Program-made: the position numbers and the translations under genes
Notes under the pieces: generated by a model
The model's database searches: none
What the model was told of the DNA's origin: nothing
Seen by the model: only the letters and a program-made list of their open reading frames with translations
In this document: positions 54,047 through 63,617 of the stretch, piece after piece
Layout of the letters: each line of letters opens with the position of its first letter
Numbering within the stretch: position 1 is the stretch's first letter
Assembly (NCBI GenBank): GCA_040218575.1
Contig: JAVJRE010000005.1
Coordinates: 113,214 to 177,213, forward strand
Length of the DNA stretch: 64,000 nt
Direction: 5' to 3'
From: Alphaproteobacteria bacterium
GTDB taxonomy: Bacteria; Pseudomonadota; Alphaproteobacteria; JAVJRE01

Positions 54047-56797
54047 ATGGCGCTGCTCGACGCGCTGGCCTTTACCTCGCCGTGGGTGCTGACCGCGCTG
54101 GTCGCCTTGCCGGCGCTCTGGTGGTTGATACGGCTTGTCCCGCCGGCGCCGCGGCGGCGGCCCTTTCCGGCCCTGCGTATTCTTCAGGGTCTTATGCGCA
54201 CCGAAGATCAGGCGGCGCGTTCGCCGTGGTGGCTTCTGTTGCTGCGTTTCGCCGCCGCCGCCGCCGTAATCATCGGCCTGGCCGGGCCGGTCCTGAACCC
54301 GCCACCGCCCTTGCCCGGCAATGGTCCGCTGATCCTGATCGTGGACAATGGCTGGGCCGCGGCGGGCGACTGGGCAGCCCGCCTGAGGACGATGGATCGA
54401 CTGCTGACCGCGGCCGAAGGTGACGAGCGCGCGGTCCTCCTGCTGGAAACGGCACCACCACCCGGTGGCGTCGGGACGGTAGCCGGGTTCGTGCCGGCAG
54501 AAGAGGCACGACGGCGCGCCCAGGCCATTGTGCCACGGCCTTGGGACAGTGACCTGGCCGCCTTTGAACGCCAGCTTGATGGCGCGACGGAAGCCGGCCG
54601 GCTGCTGGCCGGCAGCGCTATTGTCTGGTTGAGCGATGGGCTGGAACGGGCTGACATGGCTGGCCTGGCCACCCGCCTGCGGCGAATCGGCAGCTTCCGC
54701 ATGGTTCTGCCGGAGGCCGATTCGGCGGCCATGCTGATGCGGCCGCCGCAGGCACGGGGCAACGCCCTCCAGGCGGTTGTCGAACGCGCCAACGCCGATG
54801 GTCCCGTCGCCATTTCGGCAATCGCCCAGATGCCTGACGGCCGCATTGTCGCGGAAGCGCCGATCACCTTTGCCACAGGCGAGCAGATTGCCAGTGCCGA
54901 GTTTCTTCTGCCGCTGGAGTTGCGAAACCGGCTGGAAAGAATCGCCATCGCCGGTCGTGCCGGCGCCGGCGCGGTTCACCTGTTGGACGAACAGTGGCGG
55001 CGGCGACCGGTCGGGCTGGTCGCCAGCGAGTCAGTGGAGCGCGACCAGCCGCTTCTTGCCGAAACCTTCTATCTTGGGCGGGCCCTGGAGCCGTTCAGTG
55101 ACATCCGGCGCGGTGAGCTGGGCGACCTGACCGAGGATTCCCTGTCGGTTATCGTCCTGCCCGACATCGGCACATTGACGCCGGATGAATCGCGCCGGGC
55201 CGCGGCATGGATCGAACAGGGCGGAGTATTGCTTCGCTTCGCCGGCGAACGGCTGACCGAGGGCAGCGATGACCTGCTGCCGGTGCGCCTGCGCCGTGGC
55301 GGCCGCTTTCTGGGTGGCGCCCTCAATTGGGATCAACCGCAACCTCTGGCACCGTTTGCCGGGGATTCGCCGTTCAGCGGCCTGTCCGTGCCGGCCGACG
55401 TCACCGTGCGCCGCCAGGTCCTGGCCGAGCCCGACCCGGCGCTGAGCGAGCGGACCTGGGCGCGGCTGGCCGACGGAACACCGCTCGTCACCGGTGAGCA
55501 GAGGGGTCAGGGCTGGCTGGTGCTGGTTCACACCACGGCCAATACGGATTGGTCCAACCTGGCCCTGTCGGGTCTGTTCGTGGACATGCTGCGCCGTGTT
55601 ATCGGGCTTAGCGCCGGGGTTGCCGGGCTGGGTCAGACGGACCGCGTCCTGCAGCCGATTGTCACCCTGGACGGTCTCGGCCGGCTCGGCCCGCCGCCGA
55701 CCGGCAGCAACGGCATTGCGACCAGCGAGTTTGACGGCGCTGTGCCGGGAGCGACCCGCCCGCCGGGCTATTATGGCGCCGCAGACACGCGGTTTGCCCT
55801 TAACCTCAATCGCGCGGTTGAACCGCTGGCAACCCTGTCCTCACTGCCGCCGGGACTGGCCGTCGAGGGCTATAGCCTGGCCCGATCCATCCGGCTGATG
55901 CCCTGGCTGCTGACCGCCGCCTTTGTGCTTCTGCTGGCTGACCTGGCCATATCCCTCCACGCCCGTGGCCTGCTGAGCCCGGCCGGTGGCGGCGTGCGAC
56001 GTAGCGCCGGGCTGGCAATGGCGCTGTGGCTGGCCGCCGCCCTGACACCGGACTCCGCCGTCAGCCAGACCCTGAGCGACGATGATTTTGCCCTGGCCGC
56101 CACACTCGATACCCGGCTGGCCTATGTCCTGACCGGTGACGATGCGGTGGACGCCATCAGCCGGGCCGGCCTTTACGGCCTCAGTCTGGTGCTGGCGCGA
56201 CGCACCGGGGTGGAGCCTCTGGACCCGCTGGCGGTTGATCTGGAGCACCACGACCTGTCTTTCTTTCCGCTGCTCTACTGGCCGGTCACTGAGCGCCAGG
56301 CCATCCTGTCCGCCGCCGCCATTGGCCGCATCAACGCCTATATGCGAAACGGCGGAACCATCCTGTTCGACACCCGCGACCAGAATCTGGCAACGACGGC
56401 AAATGTGACGCCCGGCGTGGCGCGCCTCAGGAAGATGGCGGACGGGCTGGACGTACCGCCCTTAATGGCGCTGCCGGAAGAGCATGTCCTGACGCGGTCC
56501 TTCTATCTGCTGCAGCACTTTCCCGGCCGCTATGAGGGCGGTGCGCTGTGGGTCGAGCGGACCAGCGAACAGATCAATGACGGGGTGTCCGGCGTCATCA
56601 TTGGCTTCAACGATTATGCAGCAGCCTGGGCGACGGACCTGAACGGCAATCCGCTGCTACCGGTTAATCCGGGCGGCGAGCGCCAACGGGAAATGGCCTA
56701 TCGTTTCGGCGTCAACCTGGTGATGTATGCCCTGACCGGCAACTACAAGTCCGATCAGGTGCATGTGCCGGCCATTCTTGAACGGCTGGGTCAATAG
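54047..56797 (+). CDS. membrane protein with N-terminal double-TM (BatA-like) region and C-terminal DUF4159
   Basis: N-terminus LDALAFTSPWVLTALVALPALWWLIRL is the typical BatA-like double-TM start. C-terminus ...NDYAAAWA...LPV...YRFGVNLVMYALTGNYK is DUF4159-like. 916 aa. Confidence 0.7.
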   Translation: MALLDALAFTSPWVLTALVALPALWWLIRLVPPAPRRRPFPALRILQGLMRTEDQAARSPWWLLLLRFAAAAAVIIGLAGPVLNPPPPLPGNGPLILIVDNGWAAAGDWAARLRTMDRLLTAAEGDERAVLLLETAPPPGGVGTVAGFVPAEEARRRAQAIVPRPWDSDLAAFERQLDGATEAGRLLAGSAIVWLSDGLERADMAGLATRLRRIGSFRMVLPEADSAAMLMRPPQARGNALQAVVERANADGPVAISAIAQMPDGRIVAEAPITFATGEQIASAEFLLPLELRNRLERIAIAGRAGAGAVHLLDEQWRRRPVGLVASESVERDQPLLAETFYLGRALEPFSDIRRGELGDLTEDSLSVIVLPDIGTLTPDESRRAAAWIEQGGVLLRFAGERLTEGSDDLLPVRLRRGGRFLGGALNWDQPQPLAPFAGDSPFSGLSVPADVTVRRQVLAEPDPALSERTWARLADGTPLVTGEQRGQGWLVLVHTTANTDWSNLALSGLFVDMLRRVIGLSAGVAGLGQTDRVLQPIVTLDGLGRLGPPPTGSNGIATSEFDGAVPGATRPPGYYGAADTRFALNLNRAVEPLATLSSLPPGLAVEGYSLARSIRLMPWLLTAAFVLLLADLAISLHARGLLSPAGGGVRRSAGLAMALWLAAALTPDSAVSQTLSDDDFALAATLDTRLAYVLTGDDAVDAISRAGLYGLSLVLARRTGVEPLDPLAVDLEHHDLSFFPLLYWPVTERQAILSAAAIGRINAYMRNGGTILFDTRDQNLATTANVTPGVARLRKMADGLDVPPLMALPEEHVLTRSFYLLQHFPGRYEGGALWVERTSEQINDGVSGVIIGFNDYAAAWATDLNGNPLLPVNPGGERQREMAYRFGVNLVMYALTGNYKSDQVHVPAILERLGQ

Positions 56798-56799
56798 CC

Positions 56800-58881
56800 A
56801 TGGCCCCCGGCACACTCACCCTGGCGCCGCTGTTGCCGTGGCCGGTTCTGGTCGCGCTGGCGGTCATGGCCGGCGCCCTGCTGGCGCTGGCCATGATGCG
56901 CCGGGCGCGCGGTGCCGGATGGCGCCTGCTGGCCATGGCCGGGCTGCTGGCGGCACTGCTTAATCCGGCGTGGGTGCAGGAGGAGCGGACCGCGCTACCC
57001 GATGTGGCGCTGGTGGTGGTGGACGATTCCGCCAGCCAGGGCATTGGCCAGCGACGCGCCCGCAGCGAGCGGGCACTGGCCGCCCTGCAGGCGCAGGCCG
57101 TGGACGACACAACGCTTGAGCTGCGGGTGGTCAGGGTCGGCGGTCGGGCAGAGGAACATGCCCGCGATGACGGCACACGGTTGTTCGATGCGGTGGCCGA
57201 GAGCCTGGCGGACGTGGCGCCGACCCGGCGCGCCGGCATCGTCCTGCTGAGCGATGGTCAGGTGCATGACGCCCCGCAGTCAGCAGCGCAGGCAGAGCGC
57301 CTGGGCGCGCCGGTCCATGTACTGCTGAGCGGCGAGCGCGACGAGAATGATCGTCGCCTGGTTGTGGTGGAAGCACCGGGCTACGGCCTGGTCGACCGGC
57401 CCGTCACTGTGGTGGTGCGGGTGGAAGACGATACGGTGCCAGACGGCACACCGGTGCGACTGACGCTGCGTCAGGATGATCGTCTGTTGCCGGCACTGTT
57501 GACGGAGACCGGTCGCGATCGGGCCATTGAAATCACCCCCGACCATGCGGGCGCGACAATTGTCGAGCTGGCGGTCGATGGGCGGGACGGTCAGCTAACC
57601 GCGCGCAACGATCAGGCGGTGTTTGTCATCAACGGCGTGCGTGATCGTCTGCGTGTCCTGCTGGTGTCCGGCCAGCCGCATCCGGGCGAACGCACCTGGC
57701 GCAGCCTGCTGAAGGCCGATCCATCGGTCGACCTTGTTCACTTCACCATCCTGCGTCCGCCGGAAAAGGAGGCCAACACGCCGGTCGAGGAACTTTCGCT
57801 GATAGCCTTTCCCACACGTGAATTGTTTCAGGACCGACTGGACGAATTCGATCTTATAATCTTCGACCGCTATCGTCGGCGTGGCGTCCTGCCATCAACC
57901 TATATCGAGAACGTGGCCCGCTATGTGCGTGACGGTGGCGCCGTTCTGGTGGCCACTGACGAAAGCTTTGCCACGCCGCTCAGCCTGTACCGTACGCCGC
58001 TCGACTCGATTCTGCCGGTGACGCCAACCGGCGACGTCCTGGAGGGTGGATTTCGGGCAACCCTGAGCGCGGTGGGCCGGCGGCACCCGGTGACCGCCGG
58101 GCTGGAAGGGGCGGGCACAGTCGAAAGTGGACCCCTGTGGGGCCGTTGGTTCCGCCAGGTCAGTGTGCGGGTGCGCGATGGCGAAACGCTGATGACCGGC
58201 GCTGAAGAGGCGCCATTACTGGTGGTCAGCCGCCAGGGCAATGGGCGCGTCGCCCTGCTCAACAGCGACCATTTCTGGCTTTGGAGTCGCGGCTTCGAAG
58301 GCGGCGGCCCGGCCAGCGAATTGCTGCGCCGCATGGCCCACTGGCTGATGAAGGAGCCGGCGCTGGAAGAGGAAGATCTACGGGCCACCGCCGATGGCAA
58401 CCGTCTGACCGTGGAACGGCGCAGCCTGTCGCCGGATCCGGCCCGGGTTCGGCTGACCTCGCCGGCCGGCGCGGTCACCGATCTGCGGCTGGAACCCGGT
58501 GAAGACGGCAGGGCAACGACCGAACTGGCGGTGGTCGAGACCGGTGTCTTCAGGGTGGAAGACGGCACCCGCTCTACCCTGGTAGCGGTTGGCGCCCTCA
58601 ACCCGCTGGAGTTTCAGGACGCCCGCACCACGCCGGAACCGCTGGCCACGGTGATGAATGCCAGCGGCGGCGGCGCCCTCTGGCTCGCCGAAACCGCCGA
58701 ACCCGCCATCCGCCGCGTTGGCCGCGGACGCACCGCCGCCGGCGGCACGTGGCTGGGCCTGGTCGCCAATCGCGACTTTGTGGTCACCGGCCTGACCCGT
58801 GTGCCGCTGGCGCCGCCCTGGCTGGTGCTGGCTCTCATCATGGGTGGCATTGTTTTCGCCTGGCGACGGGAGTCAGCATAG
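56800..58881 (+). CDS. membrane-anchored vWA-domain protein (BatB-like) with C-terminal class-I glutamine amidotransferase-like region
   Basis: N-terminal TM helices, then MIDAS motif VVVDDSAS...T...SDG. C-terminal region with LLVSGQP...DLIIFD fold. 693 aa. Confidence 0.6.
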   Translation: MAPGTLTLAPLLPWPVLVALAVMAGALLALAMMRRARGAGWRLLAMAGLLAALLNPAWVQEERTALPDVALVVVDDSASQGIGQRRARSERALAALQAQAVDDTTLELRVVRVGGRAEEHARDDGTRLFDAVAESLADVAPTRRAGIVLLSDGQVHDAPQSAAQAERLGAPVHVLLSGERDENDRRLVVVEAPGYGLVDRPVTVVVRVEDDTVPDGTPVRLTLRQDDRLLPALLTETGRDRAIEITPDHAGATIVELAVDGRDGQLTARNDQAVFVINGVRDRLRVLLVSGQPHPGERTWRSLLKADPSVDLVHFTILRPPEKEANTPVEELSLIAFPTRELFQDRLDEFDLIIFDRYRRRGVLPSTYIENVARYVRDGGAVLVATDESFATPLSLYRTPLDSILPVTPTGDVLEGGFRATLSAVGRRHPVTAGLEGAGTVESGPLWGRWFRQVSVRVRDGETLMTGAEEAPLLVVSRQGNGRVALLNSDHFWLWSRGFEGGGPASELLRRMAHWLMKEPALEEEDLRATADGNRLTVERRSLSPDPARVRLTSPAGAVTDLRLEPGEDGRATTELAVVETGVFRVEDGTRSTLVAVGALNPLEFQDARTTPEPLATVMNASGGGALWLAETAEPAIRRVGRGRTAAGGTWLGLVANRDFVVTGLTRVPLAPPWLVLALIMGGIVFAWRRESA

Positions 58882-58916
58882 TGAGCGCGAAAACGGCTGA
58901 CGAAACGGAGCATCCC

Positions 58917-60167
58917 ATGGGGGGCGAAGAGCAACAGCGCGAAGCCGCCGCCAGCCTGATCGGCTGGATCCTGGAGGCGGCCTTGCAGCAGGGCCCGATC
59001 CAGTCGCTACTGGCAGAGTTGTGTGTCCGCATCCGGGCCCAGGGTCTGCCTCTGATCCGAGGCAGTATCGGCCTCAATACACTGCATCCCAGCATCGGCA
59101 GCCGCAGCTACGCCTGGTGGCACAACCGCGATTCCGTGGCGATGGACTTCCCACGGGAAGGAGGCAACGGCCCGGGGTTTGAGGAAAGCCCTTTCGCCCG
59201 CATGCTCTACTCGTCCACGCCGACGTTGCGGCGACGGCTGGAGAGCGAAGAAGAGATCGCCGAGTTTCCGATCTTCCGCGATCTGCACGCCGCCGGCGGC
59301 ACCGGTTATTACGCCATGGCCACCGCCTTCGGCCTGGCGCCGAATGATCTCAGTCAGGCCAACGGCATGGTATCCAGTTGGCTGACTGATCGCCCGGGCG
59401 GTTTCGCCGATGGCCATATCCAGACTCTGACGGATCTGATGCCGGCCCTGGCCCTTGCCGTGCAGGCGGCCAAGAACGCCGAAATCGCCCGCAATATCGC
59501 CACCACCTATCTGGGCGCCGACGCCGGCGGCCGGGTTCTGGCCGGGCAGATCACCGTGGGCGGCGCCCATAGCCTGACCGCCGTGCTGGTCTTTACGGAT
59601 TTGCGGGGCTTCACGGCCATCGCCGACCGTATTCCACGCGACGAGACGGTGCGCGTCCTCAACGCCTATTTCAAACCCATGGTGGAACCCATCAGCCGGC
59701 ACGGCGGCCAGGTTCTGAAGTTCATGGGCGACGGGCTTCTAGCCATTTTCCCGCTCGACGATACGGCGTCGGCGGAGACCGTTTGCGGCAGCGCCCTGAC
59801 GGCCATGGAGGAGATGCGCCGCGAGGTCCACGCCTTGAACCAGACCCGCGCCGCCGCCGGCGAGCCGGTCATGGAACTGGATACGTCGGTGCACCTGGGT
59901 GAGGTTCAGTACGGCAATGTTGGCAGCGCCGACCGCATGGACTTCACGGTCATAGGGCCCGCTGTCAATGAGGCCAGTCGCATCGAAGGCATGTGCCGCG
60001 CGCTCGATCGCGACATCCTGATTTCCAACGTCTTTGCCGACGCCTGTGGCCGCCACCGGGCGCGTCTTCTGCCGCTCGGCCGCTATGGCCTGCGTGGCGT
60101 CAAGGCGCCACAGGCGCTTTTTACGCTGTATGGCGAGGCGGCCGACAGCAACAACCGGTCGCCATAG
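58917..60167 (+). CDS. class III adenylate/guanylate cyclase with N-terminal sensor region
   Basis: C-terminal CHD: FTDLRGFT, FMGDGLLAIF and VIGPAVNEASRIE. Alternative GTG start at 58881 overlaps the upstream stop. Confidence 0.85.
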   Translation: MGGEEQQREAAASLIGWILEAALQQGPIQSLLAELCVRIRAQGLPLIRGSIGLNTLHPSIGSRSYAWWHNRDSVAMDFPREGGNGPGFEESPFARMLYSSTPTLRRRLESEEEIAEFPIFRDLHAAGGTGYYAMATAFGLAPNDLSQANGMVSSWLTDRPGGFADGHIQTLTDLMPALALAVQAAKNAEIARNIATTYLGADAGGRVLAGQITVGGAHSLTAVLVFTDLRGFTAIADRIPRDETVRVLNAYFKPMVEPISRHGGQVLKFMGDGLLAIFPLDDTASAETVCGSALTAMEEMRREVHALNQTRAAAGEPVMELDTSVHLGEVQYGNVGSADRMDFTVIGPAVNEASRIEGMCRALDRDILISNVFADACGRHRARLLPLGRYGLRGVKAPQALFTLYGEAADSNNRSP

Positions 60168-60179
60168 ACCCGCTGGCGG

Positions 60180-60905
60180 TCAGGCCGACCGCCCCTGCCG
60201 GTGACGACGCGCCAGTATGTTGAGCGCCTCCACACCGGATGAAAAAGCGATGGCGAAGTAGAGATAGCCACGGGGAATGTGGAAGCCGAGGCCATCGGCC
60301 ACCAGCGCCATGCCGACAATCAGCAGAAAACTCATGGCCAGCATCTTGGCTGTCGGGTGGCGTTCGATGAAGGCGCCCAGTGGCTCTGACAGAAACAGCA
60401 TGACCAGAATGCCGACGACCACCGCTGCGATCATGACCGGCAGGTGGTCCACCATGCCGATGGCGGTGATGATGGAATCCAGCGAGAAAACCATGTCGAG
60501 GACAATGATCTGGGCCACCGCCATGGCGAAGGTGGTGGTCGCGGCGGCAGCCGCGACAGACCCCTTTGGCGGGCTCTCCACTTCGCTATGAATTTCCATG
60601 GTGGCCTTGACCAGCAGGAACAGGCCACCGCCGATCAGCACCAGGTCACGCCATGAAAAGGTCAGGTCCAACAGGCTGAACAGAGGCCGCGTCAGGCCCA
60701 CCAGCCAGGCTATGGCCGCCAGCAACCCAAGCCGCATGCCCAGTGCCAGGCTGAGACCGATAACCCGGGCCTGCCGCCGCCTTTCCTGCGGCAGGCGCAG
60801 GGCGATGAGCGAAATGAAAATCAGGTTGTCGATGCCAAGGACAATCTCCAGCGCCGACAGCGTAAGAAACGCGATGATAATCTCGGGTTCAAACAGCCAT
60901 GCCAT
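60180..60905 (-). CDS. TerC-family integral membrane protein
   Basis: LSALEIVLGIDNLIFISL and VVLDMVFSLDSIITAIGM (DN/DS TerC motifs). 241 aa. Confidence 0.85.
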   Translation of the reverse strand: MAWLFEPEIIIAFLTLSALEIVLGIDNLIFISLIALRLPQERRRQARVIGLSLALGMRLGLLAAIAWLVGLTRPLFSLLDLTFSWRDLVLIGGGLFLLVKATMEIHSEVESPPKGSVAAAAATTTFAMAVAQIIVLDMVFSLDSIITAIGMVDHLPVMIAAVVVGILVMLFLSEPLGAFIERHPTAKMLAMSFLLIVGMALVADGLGFHIPRGYLYFAIAFSSGVEALNILARRHRQGRSA

Positions 60906-60988
60906 CCGGGGCGACTCCTAAAAGAGGATAGCAGGAAACGGGATGGCGGTCGAAGCGGCGCAGCACTGAGATCAGCACCCTTTGTGGC

Positions 60989-61063
60989 TGGTTGGGGCGG
61001 CAGGGATCGAACCTGCGAATCGCGGTACCAAAAACCGCTGCCTTACCACTTGGCTACGCCCCA
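60989..61063 (-). tRNA. tRNA-Gln (anticodon UUG)
   Basis: Reverse complement folds as a cloverleaf: acceptor TGGGGCG/CGCCCCA, anticodon stem GCGGT/ACCGC with loop TTTTGGT (anticodon TTG), T-arm GCAGG-TTCGATC-CCTGC, encoded CCA. Confidence 0.85.
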
Positions 61064-61095
61064 CTCGCTGCCGTCGTCCGCTTGCGCGGTGGCGG

Positions 61096-62109
61096 CTATT
61101 GATACGCCCGGCCGGCCGCCGCGGGCAAGTGATCGGGGTGGTCAAGCAGCCATGCGTACATCTGGCGCAGCCCGTCCTCCAGGCCGATGCGGGCGGTCCA
61201 GCCCAGCCTGTTGAGGTGGCTCACATCCAGTAGCTTGCGCGGCGTGCCGTCAGGCCGCGACCCATCGAATGTGAAATCCCCGTCGAATCCGGTGACCCTG
61301 GCGATGATCGCTGCCAGCTCGGCAATGGTGACATCGTGGCCGGTTCCGATATTGACCGGTCCGGGCCCGGAATATGTTCGCGTCACATGGACAATGGCAT
61401 CGGCAGCATCATCCACATGCATCAGCTCACGACGCGGCCGCCCGCTGCCCCAGATGGTGACCACTCTGTCACCGGCCAGCCGGGCCATGTGCATGCGGAC
61501 CATCAGGGCCGCGGCCACATGGCTCTTCTCCAGGTCGAAATTGTCACCCGGGCCATACAGATTGGTCGGCATCACAGAGATAAAGTCGGCGCCATGCTGG
61601 CGGCGATAGGCATCGCACATCATGACCCCGGCGATCTTGGCGATGGCATACCACTGGTTGGTCGGCTCCAGCGGGCCGGTCAGCAGGGAGGCCTCGGCAA
61701 TCGGCTGGTCCGCCAGCCGCGGGTAGATGCAGGACGAGCCCAGCATGACCAGCTTGGCAACGCCGGCCTGCCATGCCGCATGGATGACGTTGGTTTCGAT
61801 GGCCAGGTTGTCATACAGGAAATCGGCGGGCGCCCGATCATTGGCCAGGATGCCGCCAACCCGGGCCGCCGCGAGAAAAACCACGTCGGGCCGCAGCCGG
61901 CCGATCAGCGCCTCCGTCTCCGCCTGACGGGTCAGGTCCGCGTCCTGGCGTCCGGCCGTGACAATGTGGCAGTCTTCACTGGCCAGCCGCCGACAGAGAG
62001 CCGCGCCGACCATGCCCCCATGACCGGCAACCCAGACGCGTTTGCCGGCGAGGGAGAAGGACGCCGTGCCGGCGCCGCCGGTCATGGGTGTACCGGCGCT
62101 ACCGGTCAT
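61096..62109 (-). CDS. fcl: GDP-L-fucose synthase (GDP-4-keto-6-deoxy-D-mannose 3,5-epimerase/4-reductase)
   Basis: [22 protein letters not shown] and YAIAK motifs. Start ATG at 62109 (ATGA overlap with the gmd stop) or 62085. Confidence 0.85.
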   Translation of the reverse strand: MTGSAGTPMTGGAGTASFSLAGKRVWVAGHGGMVGAALCRRLASEDCHIVTAGRQDADLTRQAETEALIGRLRPDVVFLAAARVGGILANDRAPADFLYDNLAIETNVIHAAWQAGVAKLVMLGSSCIYPRLADQPIAEASLLTGPLEPTNQWYAIAKIAGVMMCDAYRRQHGADFISVMPTNLYGPGDNFDLEKSHVAAALMVRMHMARLAGDRVVTIWGSGRPRRELMHVDDAADAIVHVTRTYSGPGPVNIGTGHDVTIAELAAIIARVTGFDGDFTFDGSRPDGTPRKLLDVSHLNRLGWTARIGLEDGLRQMYAWLLDHPDHLPAAAGRAYQ

Positions 62110-63176
62110 TCGACGGCATTGCGCACACCGTTGCGCCGCATGGCCTCAATGTCCGCCGCGACCATCTCACGGACCAGTTGATCGAAGCCGATTCTGGGCG
62201 CCCAGCCCAGAGCCTGACGGGCCTTGGCCGCATTACCCTCCAGCACCGGCACTTCGGTTGGCCGGAAATAGCGCGCATCAATACGCACCCGTGGTGTTTC
62301 GCTATCCGCGTCAAAGCCTATTTCGTCGCGCCCTTCGCCGCGCCAGACGATGGTCTGGCCTATCTCGGCAAAGGCCAGTTCGACGAATTCCCGCACCGTG
62401 TGGGACTCGCCGGTCGCCAGGACGAAGTCATCGGCAGTGTCATGCTGCAGAATTTTCCACATGCCCTCCACATAGTCGCGGGCATGACCCCAGTCGCGGC
62501 GGGCGTCCAGATTGCCGAGATAGACCACGTCCTGCAGCCCGAGAGAGATGGCGGCGACCGCCCGCGTAATCTTGCGGGTGACAAATGTCTCGCCGCGGGT
62601 CGGACCTTCGTGGTTGAACAGAATGCCGTTGGAGGCGTGGAAACCATAGGCTTCGCGATAATTGACCACGGTCCAGTAGGCATAGAGCTTCGCCACCGCA
62701 TAGGGACTGCGCGGGCGAAAGGGCGTGGTCTCGTCCTGTGGTACCACAGGCGTGTCGCCATAGAGCTCCGAGGTGGACGCCTGATAGAAGCGCGTTCTGT
62801 GGCCAAGATCGAGAATACGCATGGCCTCCAGCAAACGCAGGGCCCCCAGGCCGTCCGCATTGGCGGTGTATTCCGGCGTCTCGAAGCTGACCTGCACATG
62901 GCTCTGGGCCGCCAGATTGTATATTTCGTCCGGTCGTGTCTCCTGCACCAGGCGGATCAGGTTGGTGGCATCGGTCATGTCGCCATAGTGCAGGCGAAAA
63001 CGCACATGGGATTCGTGAGGGTCCACATAGAGATGGTCCAGCCGGCCGGTGTTGAACGACGAGGATCGGCGCTTGACCCCATGCACCTCATAGTCCCTGG
63101 CCAGCAGGAATTCCGCCAAGTAAGCGCCATCCTGCCCGGTGACACCGGTAATCAGTGCGACTTTCCGCTGCGCCAT
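62106..63176 (-). CDS. gmd: GDP-mannose 4,6-dehydratase
   Basis: [21 protein letters not shown], Thr/Glu/YxxxK catalytic residues and [10 protein letters not shown]. Start ATG 63174-63176. Confidence 0.9.
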   Translation of the reverse strand: MAQRKVALITGVTGQDGAYLAEFLLARDYEVHGVKRRSSSFNTGRLDHLYVDPHESHVRFRLHYGDMTDATNLIRLVQETRPDEIYNLAAQSHVQVSFETPEYTANADGLGALRLLEAMRILDLGHRTRFYQASTSELYGDTPVVPQDETTPFRPRSPYAVAKLYAYWTVVNYREAYGFHASNGILFNHEGPTRGETFVTRKITRAVAAISLGLQDVVYLGNLDARRDWGHARDYVEGMWKILQHDTADDFVLATGESHTVREFVELAFAEIGQTIVWRGEGRDEIGFDADSETPRVRIDARYFRPTEVPVLEGNAAKARQALGWAPRIGFDQLVREMVAADIEAMRRNGVRNAVE

Positions 63177-63434
63177 CGTGCCCCTCTTCCCTGTTCCGCG
63201 GCTATCAATAGGCATTTCCCGCCGGCCGAACAACGTCCCTGACCTGTCCGGGGCGGCCCCGGGGAGCCCCAGACAGCCCCAGACAGCAGAGAAGCAGAAT
63301 CCTTGCCCTGCCCAGGTTTTTCCCTATACTCCGCGCCGGTATTACCAACGGGCCTACCGGTATTGCTGCTGGGCCTACCGGGTTCACACGGCAGACGGAA
63401 CAGTCGGGCCAAACCACAGGACGGAGAAAGCACG

Positions 63435-63617
63435 GTGGCGGCGGAACCTCCCTGGAGCATCAAGGGCATCAGTGACGAGGCCCGCCTGGCTTTGCGCAGT
63501 GAAGCGCGACGTCGCGGACGCACGACCGGCGATCTCCTTAGCGAGATAATCCGTCGCGAGGCGGCCGATGCTGGCCCTGCGGACAATCGTGCGGCCCAGG
63601 CCGGGTCGGACCGATGA
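63435..63617 (+). CDS. small ORF encoding a PodJ-N-terminus-like motif (PWSIKGI...ARRRG.T.GDLL)
   Basis: GGAGAAAG ribosome-binding site 8 nt before GTG 63435. 60 aa. Stop overlaps the next ATG (ATGA). Confidence 0.4.
   Translation: MAAEPPWSIKGISDEARLALRSEARRRGRTTGDLLSEIIRREAADAGPADNRAAQAGSDR

Noticed and set aside
60906-60988. yybP-ykoY (Mn2+) riboswitch upstream of the TerC-family gene
   Set aside because: The leader is only ~83 nt before the tRNA and lacks the conserved GGGGAGUAG and CUUGACAUA elements. Only an AAAGGG fragment is present.
61336-62181. 281-aa plus-strand ORF
   Set aside because: Antisense to fcl.
60989-63176. Integrated mobile element or genomic island at tRNA-Gln
   Set aside because: There is no integrase, no transposase and no tRNA 3'-end direct repeat within the window. 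I kept it only as a low-level observation about the isolated gmd-fcl pair.
62088-63242. 384-aa plus-strand ORF
   Set aside because: Antisense to gmd.
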